Position numbers and translations under genes: made by a program. A DNA stretch of 64,000 nucleotides from IMG/VR virus record IMGVR_UViG_3300023178_000019, positions 1 to 64,000 of that record, one strand, 5' to 3'. The notes beneath the pieces are model-generated. The model was not told the origin of the DNA and made no database searches. It saw nothing but the letters and a program-made list of their open reading frames with translations. This DNA comes from a virus. This document shows, piece after piece, positions 7,643 through 17,401 of the stretch; the first letter of the stretch is position 1, and each line of letters starts with the position of its first letter.

Positions 7643-9101
7643 TCCAGTCCACCTTTTCAATTGTGAATGGGTACTGCGCCTCTTTGTAAAACTTTTTACG
7701 TTGAGTAAGGTGCCGCTTCGCAAACTTACAAGTGCTTGTAAGATCCCATATTTGTACGAAGTCTTTGTCCTTTGCCTTTCTTACGCCTCTACCTATAGAT
7801 TGAATAACACGAACAAAAGATTTACCAGGCTCAATAAGAACAAGGTTAAAGATCCGAGGAATATTAATCCCAACAGCCGCAACCCCATATGTAGCGATGA
7901 CCACTTGGTTATCACCTGTATTAATCTCGTCATAAGCATCCTTTCGATCTTTTAGCTTAACGTCACCCTTTACAAATGTTGATCCGGGTATTAGTTCTTG
8001 TAGCATTTCGCCTGCACTAATTCTGTCTACAAGTATAAGTGTATTACCTGATTGCCTTACTGTGTTTAGTAGTTTGCCTATATATTCTATTCTGTCTTTA
8101 TTTGTTACTAGATACTTTAATTCTGATTGATAATCAGTGTGTACTTGAGTGTCCATTAATTGTACAATGTTAACATGACACTGTGATAGCACACCTTTGT
8201 CTTGTAATTCCTTAGCACTGATCTGTCCAATTACTGGACCTAATGAAGCGTGGATAGACTCAAACTCAAACTTCTCTTTAGGTACTGTGCCAGTTAGTCC
8301 CCAACGGATAGGAGCGTTGCGTAGGTTGCGTGTAAGCAGATTCTTTAGTACTTCTGCTTTAGCTTGGTGTACTTCGTCGACAATAATAGTGCTTACACCT
8401 TCTAAGAACTCTGCTAGGCTTAATACAGCCGCGCCGTCCTTATGCCGCTTGTCAAGTATATTCAAACTTTGCCAAGTGCATATAGTGTGAGTCTTACCTA
8501 GTTCTTTTCTGTCTCCGAAGTACACCCCTACGTCTAACCCACAATTGATGTAGTCTTCTTCTGTTTGTGTAACAAGTGATTTGTTAGGCACAATCACAAG
8601 ACTACGTCCGTACGGCTCACTAATGTGTGACAGTGTGGCTGTGGTAATTGTTTTACCTGCACCTGTTGCAATTTCCTGCAAGCTCTGTGGGTTTTGTAGA
8701 AAGTTGTTGATTGCTGTAACTTGATAGTCACGCAGAATTATTTCTTCGCCTTCTGCAGGATGACCTTTTGGCCAGCGTACACCTTGGTCTGCCCAGTAAC
8801 GTTCTGTAATAGTAGGAAAGTTAAACTGTACTGGATGTCTATTATCTTCAATGTCAACTATTTGGACGTTATTTTTTTGTAAAGTATCAACAATGACATC
8901 AAGATGATTAACGTAGCCTGTCCCGCCAATACCAAAGAAAGCAACTTTACCGTCCCATCGTCCCAGTTTATACTGGGGCATGTATCGAGCATAAGGCACT
9001 TCAAACTTAAGAGCATTGGAGAGCTTTCTTCTAACATCTACATCTAATCCTTCTAGTTTGATGTTTACTTCATCTTCAATTATTAGTTTGCAACTTGCCA
9101 A
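7635..9101 (-). CDS. uvsW: SF2 DNA helicase, UvsW-like
   Basis: LRDYQ, ATGAGKT, DEVH, GLTGT, GINIP, QSIGRGVR. Confidence 0.9.
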   Translation of the reverse strand: MASCKLIIEDEVNIKLEGLDVDVRRKLSNALKFEVPYARYMPQYKLGRWDGKVAFFGIGGTGYVNHLDVIVDTLQKNNVQIVDIEDNRHPVQFNFPTITERYWADQGVRWPKGHPAEGEEIILRDYQVTAINNFLQNPQSLQEIATGAGKTITTATLSHISEPYGRSLVIVPNKSLVTQTEEDYINCGLDVGVYFGDRKELGKTHTICTWQSLNILDKRHKDGAAVLSLAEFLEGVSTIIVDEVHQAKAEVLKNLLTRNLRNAPIRWGLTGTVPKEKFEFESIHASLGPVIGQISAKELQDKGVLSQCHVNIVQLMDTQVHTDYQSELKYLVTNKDRIEYIGKLLNTVRQSGNTLILVDRISAGEMLQELIPGSTFVKGDVKLKDRKDAYDEINTGDNQVVIATYGVAAVGINIPRIFNLVLIEPGKSFVRVIQSIGRGVRKAKDKDFVQIWDLTSTCKFAKRHLTQRKKFYKEAQYPFTIEKVDWNV

Positions 9102-10340
9102 TTAAATTTCCTCAATAGATTGTCTTTGAAACCGCATGTACTGAGATGTATTACTATCAAACTGTAGTACTAAATCAAATTCGTTTAGATATGCTTTTGT
9201 TTTTATGTTTGGTCTAATACTTTCTAACATAAGAGCAGTATAAGCATTCCAATCAGATTTGATTAAAGGTTTCGGTATCTTATCGTTAATATACACTATT
9301 TTTGTGTTTTTGTCAAGAGGAGAATTTAGTTTATTGTCTTTAATGTAACTATTAAAGTCATTATTTTTGTCATTATCTAGTCTAAATAAAACTGTAGACT
9401 CAGTGTCATCTAGAATGTTTCTAAAAGCTCTATGTACTTTAACCAAATGATTTAATGGATTGTCAGAAGGTAGTATTACTAAAAGAGGAAATCTTTTTAA
9501 TTCGACTATGCTATATATTAAGTTATCAAACGTGTATTTGTTTGAATTAACCATCACGTTTTTTTGTGTTCTGTTGATTATTTTTTGACTAATAATACTT
9601 AAATTATTAGTACTAATTTCTAAGTCATTTTTGTCAAAATAGTTTAATCCGAATATTTTTTGTTTGTCTTTATAAAGTGCTAAATTTTTAGTTGTAGGTT
9701 TTCCTAACATTTTTTCTAAATTAGTTTTAGCAACATCTGGTAAATGTTTTACTTCAAAGTTATATACACCAGGAATATATAAATGTTTATTGTTATTAAT
9801 TTTTTCTAATTGTTCATATGTTTCAATAAGAAAATCATCTATGTCAAAATTCTTATCTTTAAATATTTCTACCAAACGGTGTATATTTTTTTCATTGAGA
9901 ACAAAATAATGTTCGTGGCTACCTTTTGTATGATGATAGTCGCCTACCTTTTGTATTTTATCTAGTTCTACTATAAGTTTTTTACTAAACGGAAATCTAA
10001 CCTTAATCCACTTTCTATCACTTTTATGCAAATGATAGGGTGTGTTAGGAAACGGATTATCATAATCACAAACTTTAATATATTTGCTTCTATCAATTTC
10101 TCTCAGAGGCATTCTAAGATTTTCTAATTCTACTTCAAAATTAGAATTATTGTCAAATTGATCTTTATATTTTAGTAGTTTTTCTTTTACTAAAGAATAT
10201 TGTCTATCAGTTAATGCTGTTCCCCTAAAGACTTGTCTTCCTATACTTTGTAATATAGAAATGTCGCTAGACTCTATCTTAAACATAGAACTGTTTTTAA
10301 GTCCAACTAATAATTCAAGGTAATCTTCTACTGTATTCAT
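9102..10340 (-). CDS. Hypothetical protein
   Basis: 412-aa ORF directly after a consensus sigma70 promoter. Confidence 0.75.
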   Translation of the reverse strand: MNTVEDYLELLVGLKNSSMFKIESSDISILQSIGRQVFRGTALTDRQYSLVKEKLLKYKDQFDNNSNFEVELENLRMPLREIDRSKYIKVCDYDNPFPNTPYHLHKSDRKWIKVRFPFSKKLIVELDKIQKVGDYHHTKGSHEHYFVLNEKNIHRLVEIFKDKNFDIDDFLIETYEQLEKINNNKHLYIPGVYNFEVKHLPDVAKTNLEKMLGKPTTKNLALYKDKQKIFGLNYFDKNDLEISTNNLSIISQKIINRTQKNVMVNSNKYTFDNLIYSIVELKRFPLLVILPSDNPLNHLVKVHRAFRNILDDTESTVLFRLDNDKNNDFNSYIKDNKLNSPLDKNTKIVYINDKIPKPLIKSDWNAYTALMLESIRPNIKTKAYLNEFDLVLQFDSNTSQYMRFQRQSIEEI

Positions 10341-10346
10341 AAGTAT

Positions 10347-10375
10347 ATTATAACTTAAAACAGTTTAGAAGTCAA
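10347..10375 (-). promoter_or_regulatory. Sigma70-type promoter (TTGACT-N17-TATAAT), 6 nt before ATG 10340
   Basis: -35 at 10375-10370, -10 at 10352-10347. Confidence 0.8.
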
Positions 10376-11209
10376 GCGTTTAAGTGGTAGTCCTGCAGAA
10401 ATTTCTTCTACTGTATATTCAGTCCAAGCGTAATCGTTTAGCCATTGTGTTCTATCCGGAGTCAATGGTGTTTCTATATCGTGAAGAAAGTCTATGTCGT
10501 TACCAACGTCATACGCTAACGAGCTAGGGCTTACAAACGCTGGAACACCTTCTAGTACACTGTGTATACCAGGATTACTACTATAGCTTACAGTAGCATA
10601 TACGTTGCTGTAGTCTATATCAAAATCGTCATAGCTACCAGGTGTTTGTTTAGGTGTTTGTCTACGAACGTTTTTAAATTCGTGTTCAATGCTGGGTAAT
10701 GTGCATCTAGGATGAGGACGAAAAACAATTGGCCTATCAGTATGTTTTTGTATTTCAGTAATTGTATTCATTACCCAGTTACTCATACTAGGCATATTAA
10801 TCCATTGCAGACTTTTATCGTGTTGCCCGCATATAAGAATGTATTCGCCGTTATTCCGCCAAGGCTTTAGCGAAAGATCCAAAACATTAGCACGATCGCT
10901 GTTATTACCGTTATCACCAAAGTAACCATCTCTATTAATTCCGTTTAATGCAACTTTCCAAGTTGTACCTCTACTTATACCACCTACTTCTAGGACCACG
11001 GTCGGTTTGGATTGTTCCAAGTTCCTTTTCCAGATATCTTTATTCTTAGCCATTCTCCCAGCGAATAGAACACTCCAAATAACATCAACATCAGATACAG
11101 GGTCGTTCCAAACAACGTCATGCCCAGCAGCCACAAGACTGTGAGCAAAGGCATTAAAAACTTCTCTACTATTAAGTGCGCCATAATTTGTCCATAAACT
11201 AAATTTCAT
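10355..11209 (-). CDS. Capsule-polysaccharide-synthesis (KpsC/KpsS-like) glycosyltransferase
   Basis: ILICGQ, RPIVFRPHPR, TVSYSSNPGIHSVLEGVPAF. Confidence 0.6.
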   Translation of the reverse strand: MKFSLWTNYGALNSREVFNAFAHSLVAAGHDVVWNDPVSDVDVIWSVLFAGRMAKNKDIWKRNLEQSKPTVVLEVGGISRGTTWKVALNGINRDGYFGDNGNNSDRANVLDLSLKPWRNNGEYILICGQHDKSLQWINMPSMSNWVMNTITEIQKHTDRPIVFRPHPRCTLPSIEHEFKNVRRQTPKQTPGSYDDFDIDYSNVYATVSYSSNPGIHSVLEGVPAFVSPSSLAYDVGNDIDFLHDIETPLTPDRTQWLNDYAWTEYTVEEISAGLPLKRLTSKLF

Positions 11210-11212
11210 ATG

Positions 11213-11237
11213 TAAATACTTTCATATAGTTTATTTA
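11213..11237. promoter_or_regulatory. Pair of opposed late-promoter boxes (TAAATA + at 11213-11218; - at 11237-11232)
   Basis: Both lie in the 41-bp gap between divergent glycosyltransferase genes. Confidence 0.55.
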
Positions 11238-11250
11238 CACGAGGTACACA

Positions 11251-12087
11251 ATGCCAGCAATAACTGTGGTTACAACATTTCATCCAGACGGGTATTCAAA
11301 ATACGGACAAAGATTTTTAGAAAGTTTTGCAAAACAAGTAGATCCAAGAATTAAATTAGTAGTATATGCTGAAGGAATATTACCTCCTAATCCAGATATA
11401 AGAAGAATAGAAATACTAAGTGCAGAAAAGGCATTACCTAAACTAAATGCATTTAAAGAAAAATATAAAAACGATCCTAGAGCAAACGGCATTCCTCCAG
11501 ATGATATAAAAGCAAGACGCCCAAGAGATTGGCATAAAGCATTTAAGTGGGATGGCATTAGATTTGCTAATAAAACTTATGCAGTATTTGATGCATTTGA
11601 AAAAGGCAAGGATTGGATTGTATGGATGGACGCAGACAGTTACATCCACAGTCACTGGAGTTACGAAGACTTTATATCACTGCTGCCTAACAACACATAC
11701 ATTACATATGTAGGTAGAGGTAAAGGATCACAAACATGGCCCGAGTGCGGATTCTATGGTATGAATAAAAATCATCCTGTGTGTCACGAGTTTATGAAGG
11801 ACTTTGAAGCAATGTATGAAGATGCGGAAAACGGAATGTTTAAGTTAGAAGAATGGCACGACAGTTATATCTTTGGCGAAATATTAAACAAGTATAAAGA
11901 GTTTCCGTCACACGATTATAGTGCAGACATGTATCTTAAGGAAGCTAAGACAGGCGGTGGTGGACATCCACTTATTAATGGTCCGTTAGGTAAATGGATG
12001 GATCACATGAAAGGCGGACGTAAAGACAGTGGCAAAAGTTTGCCTAAAGACTTAATGGTTAACAGAACCGAAGACTATTGGAAATAA
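11251..12087 (+). CDS. GT-A fold nucleotide-diphospho-sugar transferase
   Basis: WMDADS DxD motif, ECGF, EWHDSYIF, DHMKG; GAGG SD. Confidence 0.7.
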   Translation: MPAITVVTTFHPDGYSKYGQRFLESFAKQVDPRIKLVVYAEGILPPNPDIRRIEILSAEKALPKLNAFKEKYKNDPRANGIPPDDIKARRPRDWHKAFKWDGIRFANKTYAVFDAFEKGKDWIVWMDADSYIHSHWSYEDFISLLPNNTYITYVGRGKGSQTWPECGFYGMNKNHPVCHEFMKDFEAMYEDAENGMFKLEEWHDSYIFGEILNKYKEFPSHDYSADMYLKEAKTGGGGHPLINGPLGKWMDHMKGGRKDSGKSLPKDLMVNRTEDYWK

Positions 12088-12689
12088 TCTCCCCAATATG
12101 TATAATCATCTGAATAATAATCTTTGATTATATCGACATGCTCTTTTGTAACATTTACTAAGACATTAACTTGTGAAGTTGTTTTTGTTTGAGTAGGACG
12201 TATCTTGCATTCTGAAATTTTAGATACATCATCTAAAAATCTAGTACCAATTTCTTGTGTTAAGTAAATGTTATCATAAAAACTAGGATCTTTTTTAAGT
12301 ACAACTACTTGCGGTAATGAGTGCCTTTTTAAATCTATATACTTTTCTCTAAGATAATCGAGATTGTTTATAAAATCTTCCCAGTTGTTTACTTCTTTTT
12401 TAATGTTATTTCTATTTTTTAACATTACACGATCTTTAAAACAACTTACAACTCTTTGCACAGGATCGCGAACAAGTGCATACTTGTAGTCTAGTTCATC
12501 TAAAGAACTATAAGGACTACGTGGTAAGGTTTTCCACCATTCGTCATGTTTTCCTAAAACATGTTTCATCTGTCTGGCTAAGTGCCTTTGTGCTCTAGGA
12601 AATCCTAAAATACTTGTTACACTAGTTGATCCGACTTTTTTACTACAAGCAACATACAGCGTTTTTTGATTTGGAAATTTTACTATCAT
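12075..12689 (-). CDS. Carbohydrate sulfotransferase (Sulfotransfer_2-like)
   Basis: 5'-PSB KKVGSTSV, 3'-PB VRDPVQRVVSCF, H..PQ, YYSDD. Confidence 0.75.
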   Translation of the reverse strand: MIVKFPNQKTLYVACSKKVGSTSVTSILGFPRAQRHLARQMKHVLGKHDEWWKTLPRSPYSSLDELDYKYALVRDPVQRVVSCFKDRVMLKNRNNIKKEVNNWEDFINNLDYLREKYIDLKRHSLPQVVVLKKDPSFYDNIYLTQEIGTRFLDDVSKISECKIRPTQTKTTSQVNVLVNVTKEHVDIIKDYYSDDYTYWGDYFQ

Positions 12690-13627
12690 ACATATTGTCT
12701 CATATGTCTCCAGGCTGATCCATCTTCAAGTTCACTAAATTTCCAATGGAACATACTAATACGCTGAAGCCATTTTTCTCTGTCAAACTCTTTAGGTGAT
12801 TCTAATCTACTAAAATCTGAATGTGCTACTTCTGCACATTGGCTAGTGTTAGGATCTGTTATAAATGCATGATAACCTTGTATAATAGGACCAACTATTG
12901 AACTACTATTATGATTAACAACTGCCCAGCATCCATTTAAGTCATCTTCTAAAGAATATCTATTGTTCTGTACTGTAGCAAATTTTACCTGTCTAAGTAG
13001 TCTACTTATTTCACCTGCACGTCTGTTTGTTTGATTATCTTTAGGATGCAATCTTACACGTATAGGTCTATCAGAAAAATTTCTAATAGCATTGCATGTT
13101 TTTATAAGCCACTTGTCTAAACTTAAAGTTCCCATACTCCATCCGCCTTCTCTTTGAGCACAAATTAAAATATGTCCCTTGTCTCGTACTTTATTTTCTA
13201 AAACGATGCCTGTGTCTTTGCTTATTTGTTCCCAACGTTTTGGATCAATATTGTTGTCAAAATAATTTCCTGTATTAGGGAATACTCCGTCAAAACTATA
13301 TCGAAGGTAATGATGTGGCTCGTTTGATTTGTTAGCATACAAAAATAAATTAGCATCTGCGCAACAAACATGCTTATTTTTTGTACAATCTATGACGCTT
13401 TGTCGTAGTCTCAAATGAGGAGCGTTCTTGCCACGTTCATGTTGCCAGCCTTGTATGACTCCAACGTCTGAATCTATTAAATCGTTTCCTTTGTGTAGTA
13501 CACCAATATCGCCGGCTGCATTAACACCTTGCACAAATTTAGTTAAAATGTTAAACTTTTCTTGACTTTTATTTTTGCTAGGTACTACATTGTAGTAACT
13601 AACTACTTTCACTTTACTATCTCCCAA
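12686..13627 (-). CDS. Capsule-polysaccharide-synthesis (KpsC/KpsS-like) glycosyltransferase
   Basis: ILICAQ, RPIRVRLHPKD, AVVNHNSSSIVGPIIQG; paralogous to 10355..11209. Confidence 0.6.
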   Translation of the reverse strand: MGDSKVKVVSYYNVVPSKNKSQEKFNILTKFVQGVNAAGDIGVLHKGNDLIDSDVGVIQGWQHERGKNAPHLRLRQSVIDCTKNKHVCCADANLFLYANKSNEPHHYLRYSFDGVFPNTGNYFDNNIDPKRWEQISKDTGIVLENKVRDKGHILICAQREGGWSMGTLSLDKWLIKTCNAIRNFSDRPIRVRLHPKDNQTNRRAGEISRLLRQVKFATVQNNRYSLEDDLNGCWAVVNHNSSSIVGPIIQGYHAFITDPNTSQCAEVAHSDFSRLESPKEFDREKWLQRISMFHWKFSELEDGSAWRHMRQYV

Positions 13628-15303
13628 GCATAGCCGTTCATCATTTCTTCTCTATTAAATTGTGCATAACTTAAATGACACATAAGAGAATACATTGTAT
13701 CTTTGTCTGGCATATTTAGATTATTAATTTGTGATAGTTCTGTGTTACATACAGCAGTTGCGCAATTAGGACCTAACGCAATAGCAGGCTTGCCAAAATT
13801 AAGTGCTTCAAGTGCTGCAATACTATTATATGTAACTACACAATAAACATCATTTGCCATTGCTGCTTCTAGTGATTGATTTGTAATTCTGTGTCTACGA
13901 TCAGGTTTTAATCTAATTTCGACAGGACGATCTGTATACTCTTTTAATTGTTCGCTAACCTGCTTTACCCATTCTTCTGGACTCGGTTGATCCCATAACA
14001 TCATAACTTTTTCACTAGGAGGAACAAGTAGAATTTTTCTCCCATCGCCTTTAAACTTTTTGTATTTCCAGTTTAGTAAACGGTCATCAGGTCGATACAT
14101 AATAGGTTGTGTATTTTGTAATGCGTTCTTAGTTACACGATGCCATATTTTAGATTTGCTTCCTTCGTTACCGAAATACCCTGTATCAATAGCATAAAAT
14201 GTACGCTTTGTTTCCCAACAATGCTGTAGAGCTTTTCTACTGCCGCCGCCTAGTCCTCTAATTACTAATGGTGTATCTGTACGTTCTTCAGTCTTCCAAT
14301 CACTTAATCTACCACCACTACCTATTACAAAACTTTGTAAATATTCGTCGTACTGTAATCCGTCTTTGTTATATGCAATTCCCTCTTCAGGATCAATTGC
14401 AGCATTTTTATGAACTGTTCCTTTCATAAATTTATTTTGTATAATTTTCATTGCTTCTTCCTGGGTGTTTCCGTAATACTTACCTGTAGGATCAATTGGT
14501 GTATATATTACTGTTTTTACGGTATCAAGTACTTCACTAGGTAAGGTTAACTCTTCAAATTTTGATCCTTTTGATTTTGCTAAATTTGTCTTTTGTTCTG
14601 CACCTTTTATACCTTCCATTAGATACTTACGTTCTGCTCTGTAGTATTCTAAATTATACTCGCAATCTTTATATTCTTCGAACCAAGGTCCGCCTTCTGT
14701 ATAATGAATAAACTTCGGCTTTCCATCTTCCGGTTCTTTATACCATCCTACTAGCCAGTTCCATTCGTGACTAATTGCACCAATTTCGTTATCTTTTAAC
14801 CAACTAAATCTATGTAGATACTTACCGTCAATATTAGGATCGTTAACAAGGTCTTTTGTTAGTTTTGCGTTACTTGGATGTCCGCAGTTAACTAACATCA
14901 TACTTGACCAATTTTTACGTGGATAGTTTAACTGTTGTCTGCCATCCATTTTTGTGCCTTCTTTAGGCGTATAATCGTGTTGTGCGCACATTAATGCATA
15001 CTTATTGTCAGCTTGATCAAATAATTTTTTTACATCTTCAACAGCAATAAAGTCACAATCAATAAACAATGCCCAACCCTTGAACTGTGCCATTTCTGCT
15101 ATTAAAAATCTTGTAAATGTAAATTCAGTACTAGCAAGTTTGTCTGACTTGCGCCAATATAGCCCGTCTCTTTTTAGTAATCTTTGCTTTAAAGGAATAA
15201 CTTCAATAGGAACTGATGCAGTATCTAACAAACTTTGTTTACAGGCTTGGTAAGCAATATCTTCTCTACTATCCCAGCCTACATATATTCTTAATGGATC
15301 CAT
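13609..15303 (-). CDS. Two-domain glycosyltransferase: CDI/GT8-like GT-A domain fused to KpsC/KpsS-like domain
   Basis: STEFTFTRF, DCDF, YPRKNWSS, LHRFSWL, WNWLVG, HYTEGGPWF; C-terminal RPVEIRLKP, VVTYNSIAALEALNFGKP. Confidence 0.75.
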   Translation of the reverse strand: MDPLRIYVGWDSREDIAYQACKQSLLDTASVPIEVIPLKQRLLKRDGLYWRKSDKLASTEFTFTRFLIAEMAQFKGWALFIDCDFIAVEDVKKLFDQADNKYALMCAQHDYTPKEGTKMDGRQQLNYPRKNWSSMMLVNCGHPSNAKLTKDLVNDPNIDGKYLHRFSWLKDNEIGAISHEWNWLVGWYKEPEDGKPKFIHYTEGGPWFEEYKDCEYNLEYYRAERKYLMEGIKGAEQKTNLAKSKGSKFEELTLPSEVLDTVKTVIYTPIDPTGKYYGNTQEEAMKIIQNKFMKGTVHKNAAIDPEEGIAYNKDGLQYDEYLQSFVIGSGGRLSDWKTEERTDTPLVIRGLGGGSRKALQHCWETKRTFYAIDTGYFGNEGSKSKIWHRVTKNALQNTQPIMYRPDDRLLNWKYKKFKGDGRKILLVPPSEKVMMLWDQPSPEEWVKQVSEQLKEYTDRPVEIRLKPDRRHRITNQSLEAAMANDVYCVVTYNSIAALEALNFGKPAIALGPNCATAVCNTELSQINNLNMPDKDTMYSLMCHLSYAQFNREEMMNGYAWEIVK

Positions 15304-16064
15304 TAGTCTCTTCTTTCAATATCTTCTTCGGTTAGCTCATCACCTAACCAGACTTCAATTACCTTTGCGGTAATATCACCTACGTTTGTTGCTTTGTGCC
15401 AAGTATTAACTGGTATGTCAATACTGTCTCCCGAATAGTATGTTTTATTAATTATGTCATTATTCTCAAATTGTAATGCCATGTGTATTGTACCTTCTAC
15501 AACATGCCAATGTTCTGAACGTTTAAAATGTCGTTGATCGCTAAGACTTTTACCTACATCAAACGCAAGTTTTTTAGTAGCCCAGCCATCGCCTTTATCT
15601 AGCACAGTGTAGTTGCCCCATGCACGTTCTGTAGTAGGTTGAGCCCATTCTTTTAAAATCCAACTGCTTGAATTCTTTTTATCTTCGCCGCCTACACCAA
15701 ATGCAAATTCTACACTAGGATGTCCGCCATATGCTTCGTATTCAGGTGTAGTAGTATTACTTCTATCGCCGCCATTGGCAAATATAATCTTGCCAGTTGT
15801 AGTTGACATTGTATGAAAAATTGCTTGACTTGCACTATTGTCGCTGTCGTCAAATCCTATAACCTTATCTACTACTGCTAGTTCTTTAATAATAGCAACA
15901 CGTTCTTTAAACGGCATAAACGGTTTACCTTTTTTTCGTGTTAACCAATCGTCGCTGTTAACTCCTACGATTAATCGATCTCCTAATTCTCGTGCTGCTT
16001 TAAAATATTCTATATGTCCGGAGTGCAGAGGATCAAATCCTCCTGTGACTAATACTGTTTTCAT
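15303..16064 (-). CDS. Cytidylyltransferase-family (TagD/RfaE-II-like) domain fused to mannose-6-phosphate-isomerase-type cupin
   Basis: TGGFDPLHSGH, GVNSD, ANGGDR, SSS; C-terminal RAWG, LSDQRHFKRSEHW; start 16064 follows TAAATA box. Confidence 0.8.
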   Translation of the reverse strand: MKTVLVTGGFDPLHSGHIEYFKAARELGDRLIVGVNSDDWLTRKKGKPFMPFKERVAIIKELAVVDKVIGFDDSDNSASQAIFHTMSTTTGKIIFANGGDRSNTTTPEYEAYGGHPSVEFAFGVGGEDKKNSSSWILKEWAQPTTERAWGNYTVLDKGDGWATKKLAFDVGKSLSDQRHFKRSEHWHVVEGTIHMALQFENNDIINKTYYSGDSIDIPVNTWHKATNVGDITAKVIEVWLGDELTEEDIERRD

Positions 16065-16066
16065 AC

Positions 16067-16101
16067 AGATATTTATGTACGCATTTAACTGATAAATATC
16101 T
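16067..16101. promoter_or_regulatory. Back-to-back late promoters (10-bp inverted repeat AGATATTTAT...ATAAATATCT)
   Basis: TAAATA-N5-ATG on both strands (ATG 16064 and 16104). Confidence 0.7.
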
Positions 16102-16103
16102 TT

Positions 16104-16751
16104 ATGAGTTACATTATAAATTCTCCTAAACCGGCAATCTTTATACACATACCTAAAACGGCCGGCGCTAGTGTAATTAAATCGTTAAGCAAAGCATACA
16201 AAACTTCTACTATAGAAAATAGCATAACTCAAGATAACAACTTTCACAGTACAATACATCATACAAAAGATATTGTAGATGTTAAAGATTATTTTGTGTT
16301 TAGTATTGTAAGAAATCCGTTTGACAGAGCAGCTAGTTGGTATTTTTTTAGGCAGCAAGTTCTTCAAAAAGGATTAAAACAACTTAAAAAGAATTCGCCA
16401 AAGCCATTAAGAGTAGTTGACGATATGCACAAAGTAACACAAGAACTAGCAGTAATGAACAGCGGATTTAATCCTTGGTTTGATCGTTATGTTAACGAGC
16501 CTTGGGACTACACTTGGTTTTCATTGAGTAACAATCAAAGTGCTTGGCTGTCAGAAGATGTAAAAACTATTATTAAATTTGAGTCAATTAATGACATTAA
16601 AAAATTGTATTTGTTTGAAAATATAGAACTAGGATATGCTAATAAGTCTAAAAATAATGGAAATTATAGAGACTTATTTTCAAACAAAACAAAAAAATTA
16701 GCACAGAAAATTTATGAAGAAGATTTAGATATGTTTAATTACATATTCTAA
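16104..16751 (+). CDS. Carbohydrate sulfotransferase (Sulfotransfer_2-like)
   Basis: FIHIPKTAGASV, VRNPFDRAASWY, YEED...FNY.F. Confidence 0.85.
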   Translation: MSYIINSPKPAIFIHIPKTAGASVIKSLSKAYKTSTIENSITQDNNFHSTIHHTKDIVDVKDYFVFSIVRNPFDRAASWYFFRQQVLQKGLKQLKKNSPKPLRVVDDMHKVTQELAVMNSGFNPWFDRYVNEPWDYTWFSLSNNQSAWLSEDVKTIIKFESINDIKKLYLFENIELGYANKSKNNGNYRDLFSNKTKKLAQKIYEEDLDMFNYIF

Positions 16752-17401
16752 ACAGGTGCATATGCTGTATCATCTTCCCATTCTTTAATCTTTTTATATC
16801 CTAAAGAGTAGATCCAATTGTCTAAATCTGTCAAACTATATCCAAAGTTTAAGCACAAGTCGTTTGTTTCTAGTACAATTAAAGGTTTATATTTTTCTAT
16901 AGTATTAACTGCACCTTGCAAAGCAAATAATTCATAACCTTCTAAATCAAACTGTATTAAATCTACATCTTTAATATCTAAATCATCAATAGTAGTAATT
17001 TGTATATTTCCTAAATCTTCTGATATCATATGTTTGCCTGTATTTTTTCTATCTAATACAATACCTTTTTGTTCTTTAATATTTCCTAGACCAAGATTAA
17101 AAATTTGTGCGTTTGTTTTTTCTTTTAGGTTTTCTACTAAGCAATGATGATTTACAGTTTCAGGTTCAAACGTATATACATTATCAAAAGTGTTACAATA
17201 TTGATAAGGATATAGTCCACAATGTCCGCCCGCTTGTATAACAGTTCTATGCGATGTAATCATAGAAGAAATTTCGTTAGGAAAATTAAGATGCCCTGGC
17301 AATGTTAAGTAAGTCCAGGCTTTTCTATCTTTCTTAGGCCAAAGCCATTGTTTGTCTAGTACTTCTCTGTATTGTACATTATATTTCATTTTTAAACTCA
17401 A
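16748..17401 (-). CDS. FkbM-family SAM methyltransferase
   Basis: IQAGGHCG, FEP, TIDDL...DLIQFDLEGYE..ALQGA..TI..YKP. Confidence 0.85.
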   Translation of the reverse strand: MSLKMKYNVQYREVLDKQWLWPKKDRKAWTYLTLPGHLNFPNEISSMITSHRTVIQAGGHCGLYPYQYCNTFDNVYTFEPETVNHHCLVENLKEKTNAQIFNLGLGNIKEQKGIVLDRKNTGKHMISEDLGNIQITTIDDLDIKDVDLIQFDLEGYELFALQGAVNTIEKYKPLIVLETNDLCLNFGYSLTDLDNWIYSLGYKKIKEWEDDTAYAPV

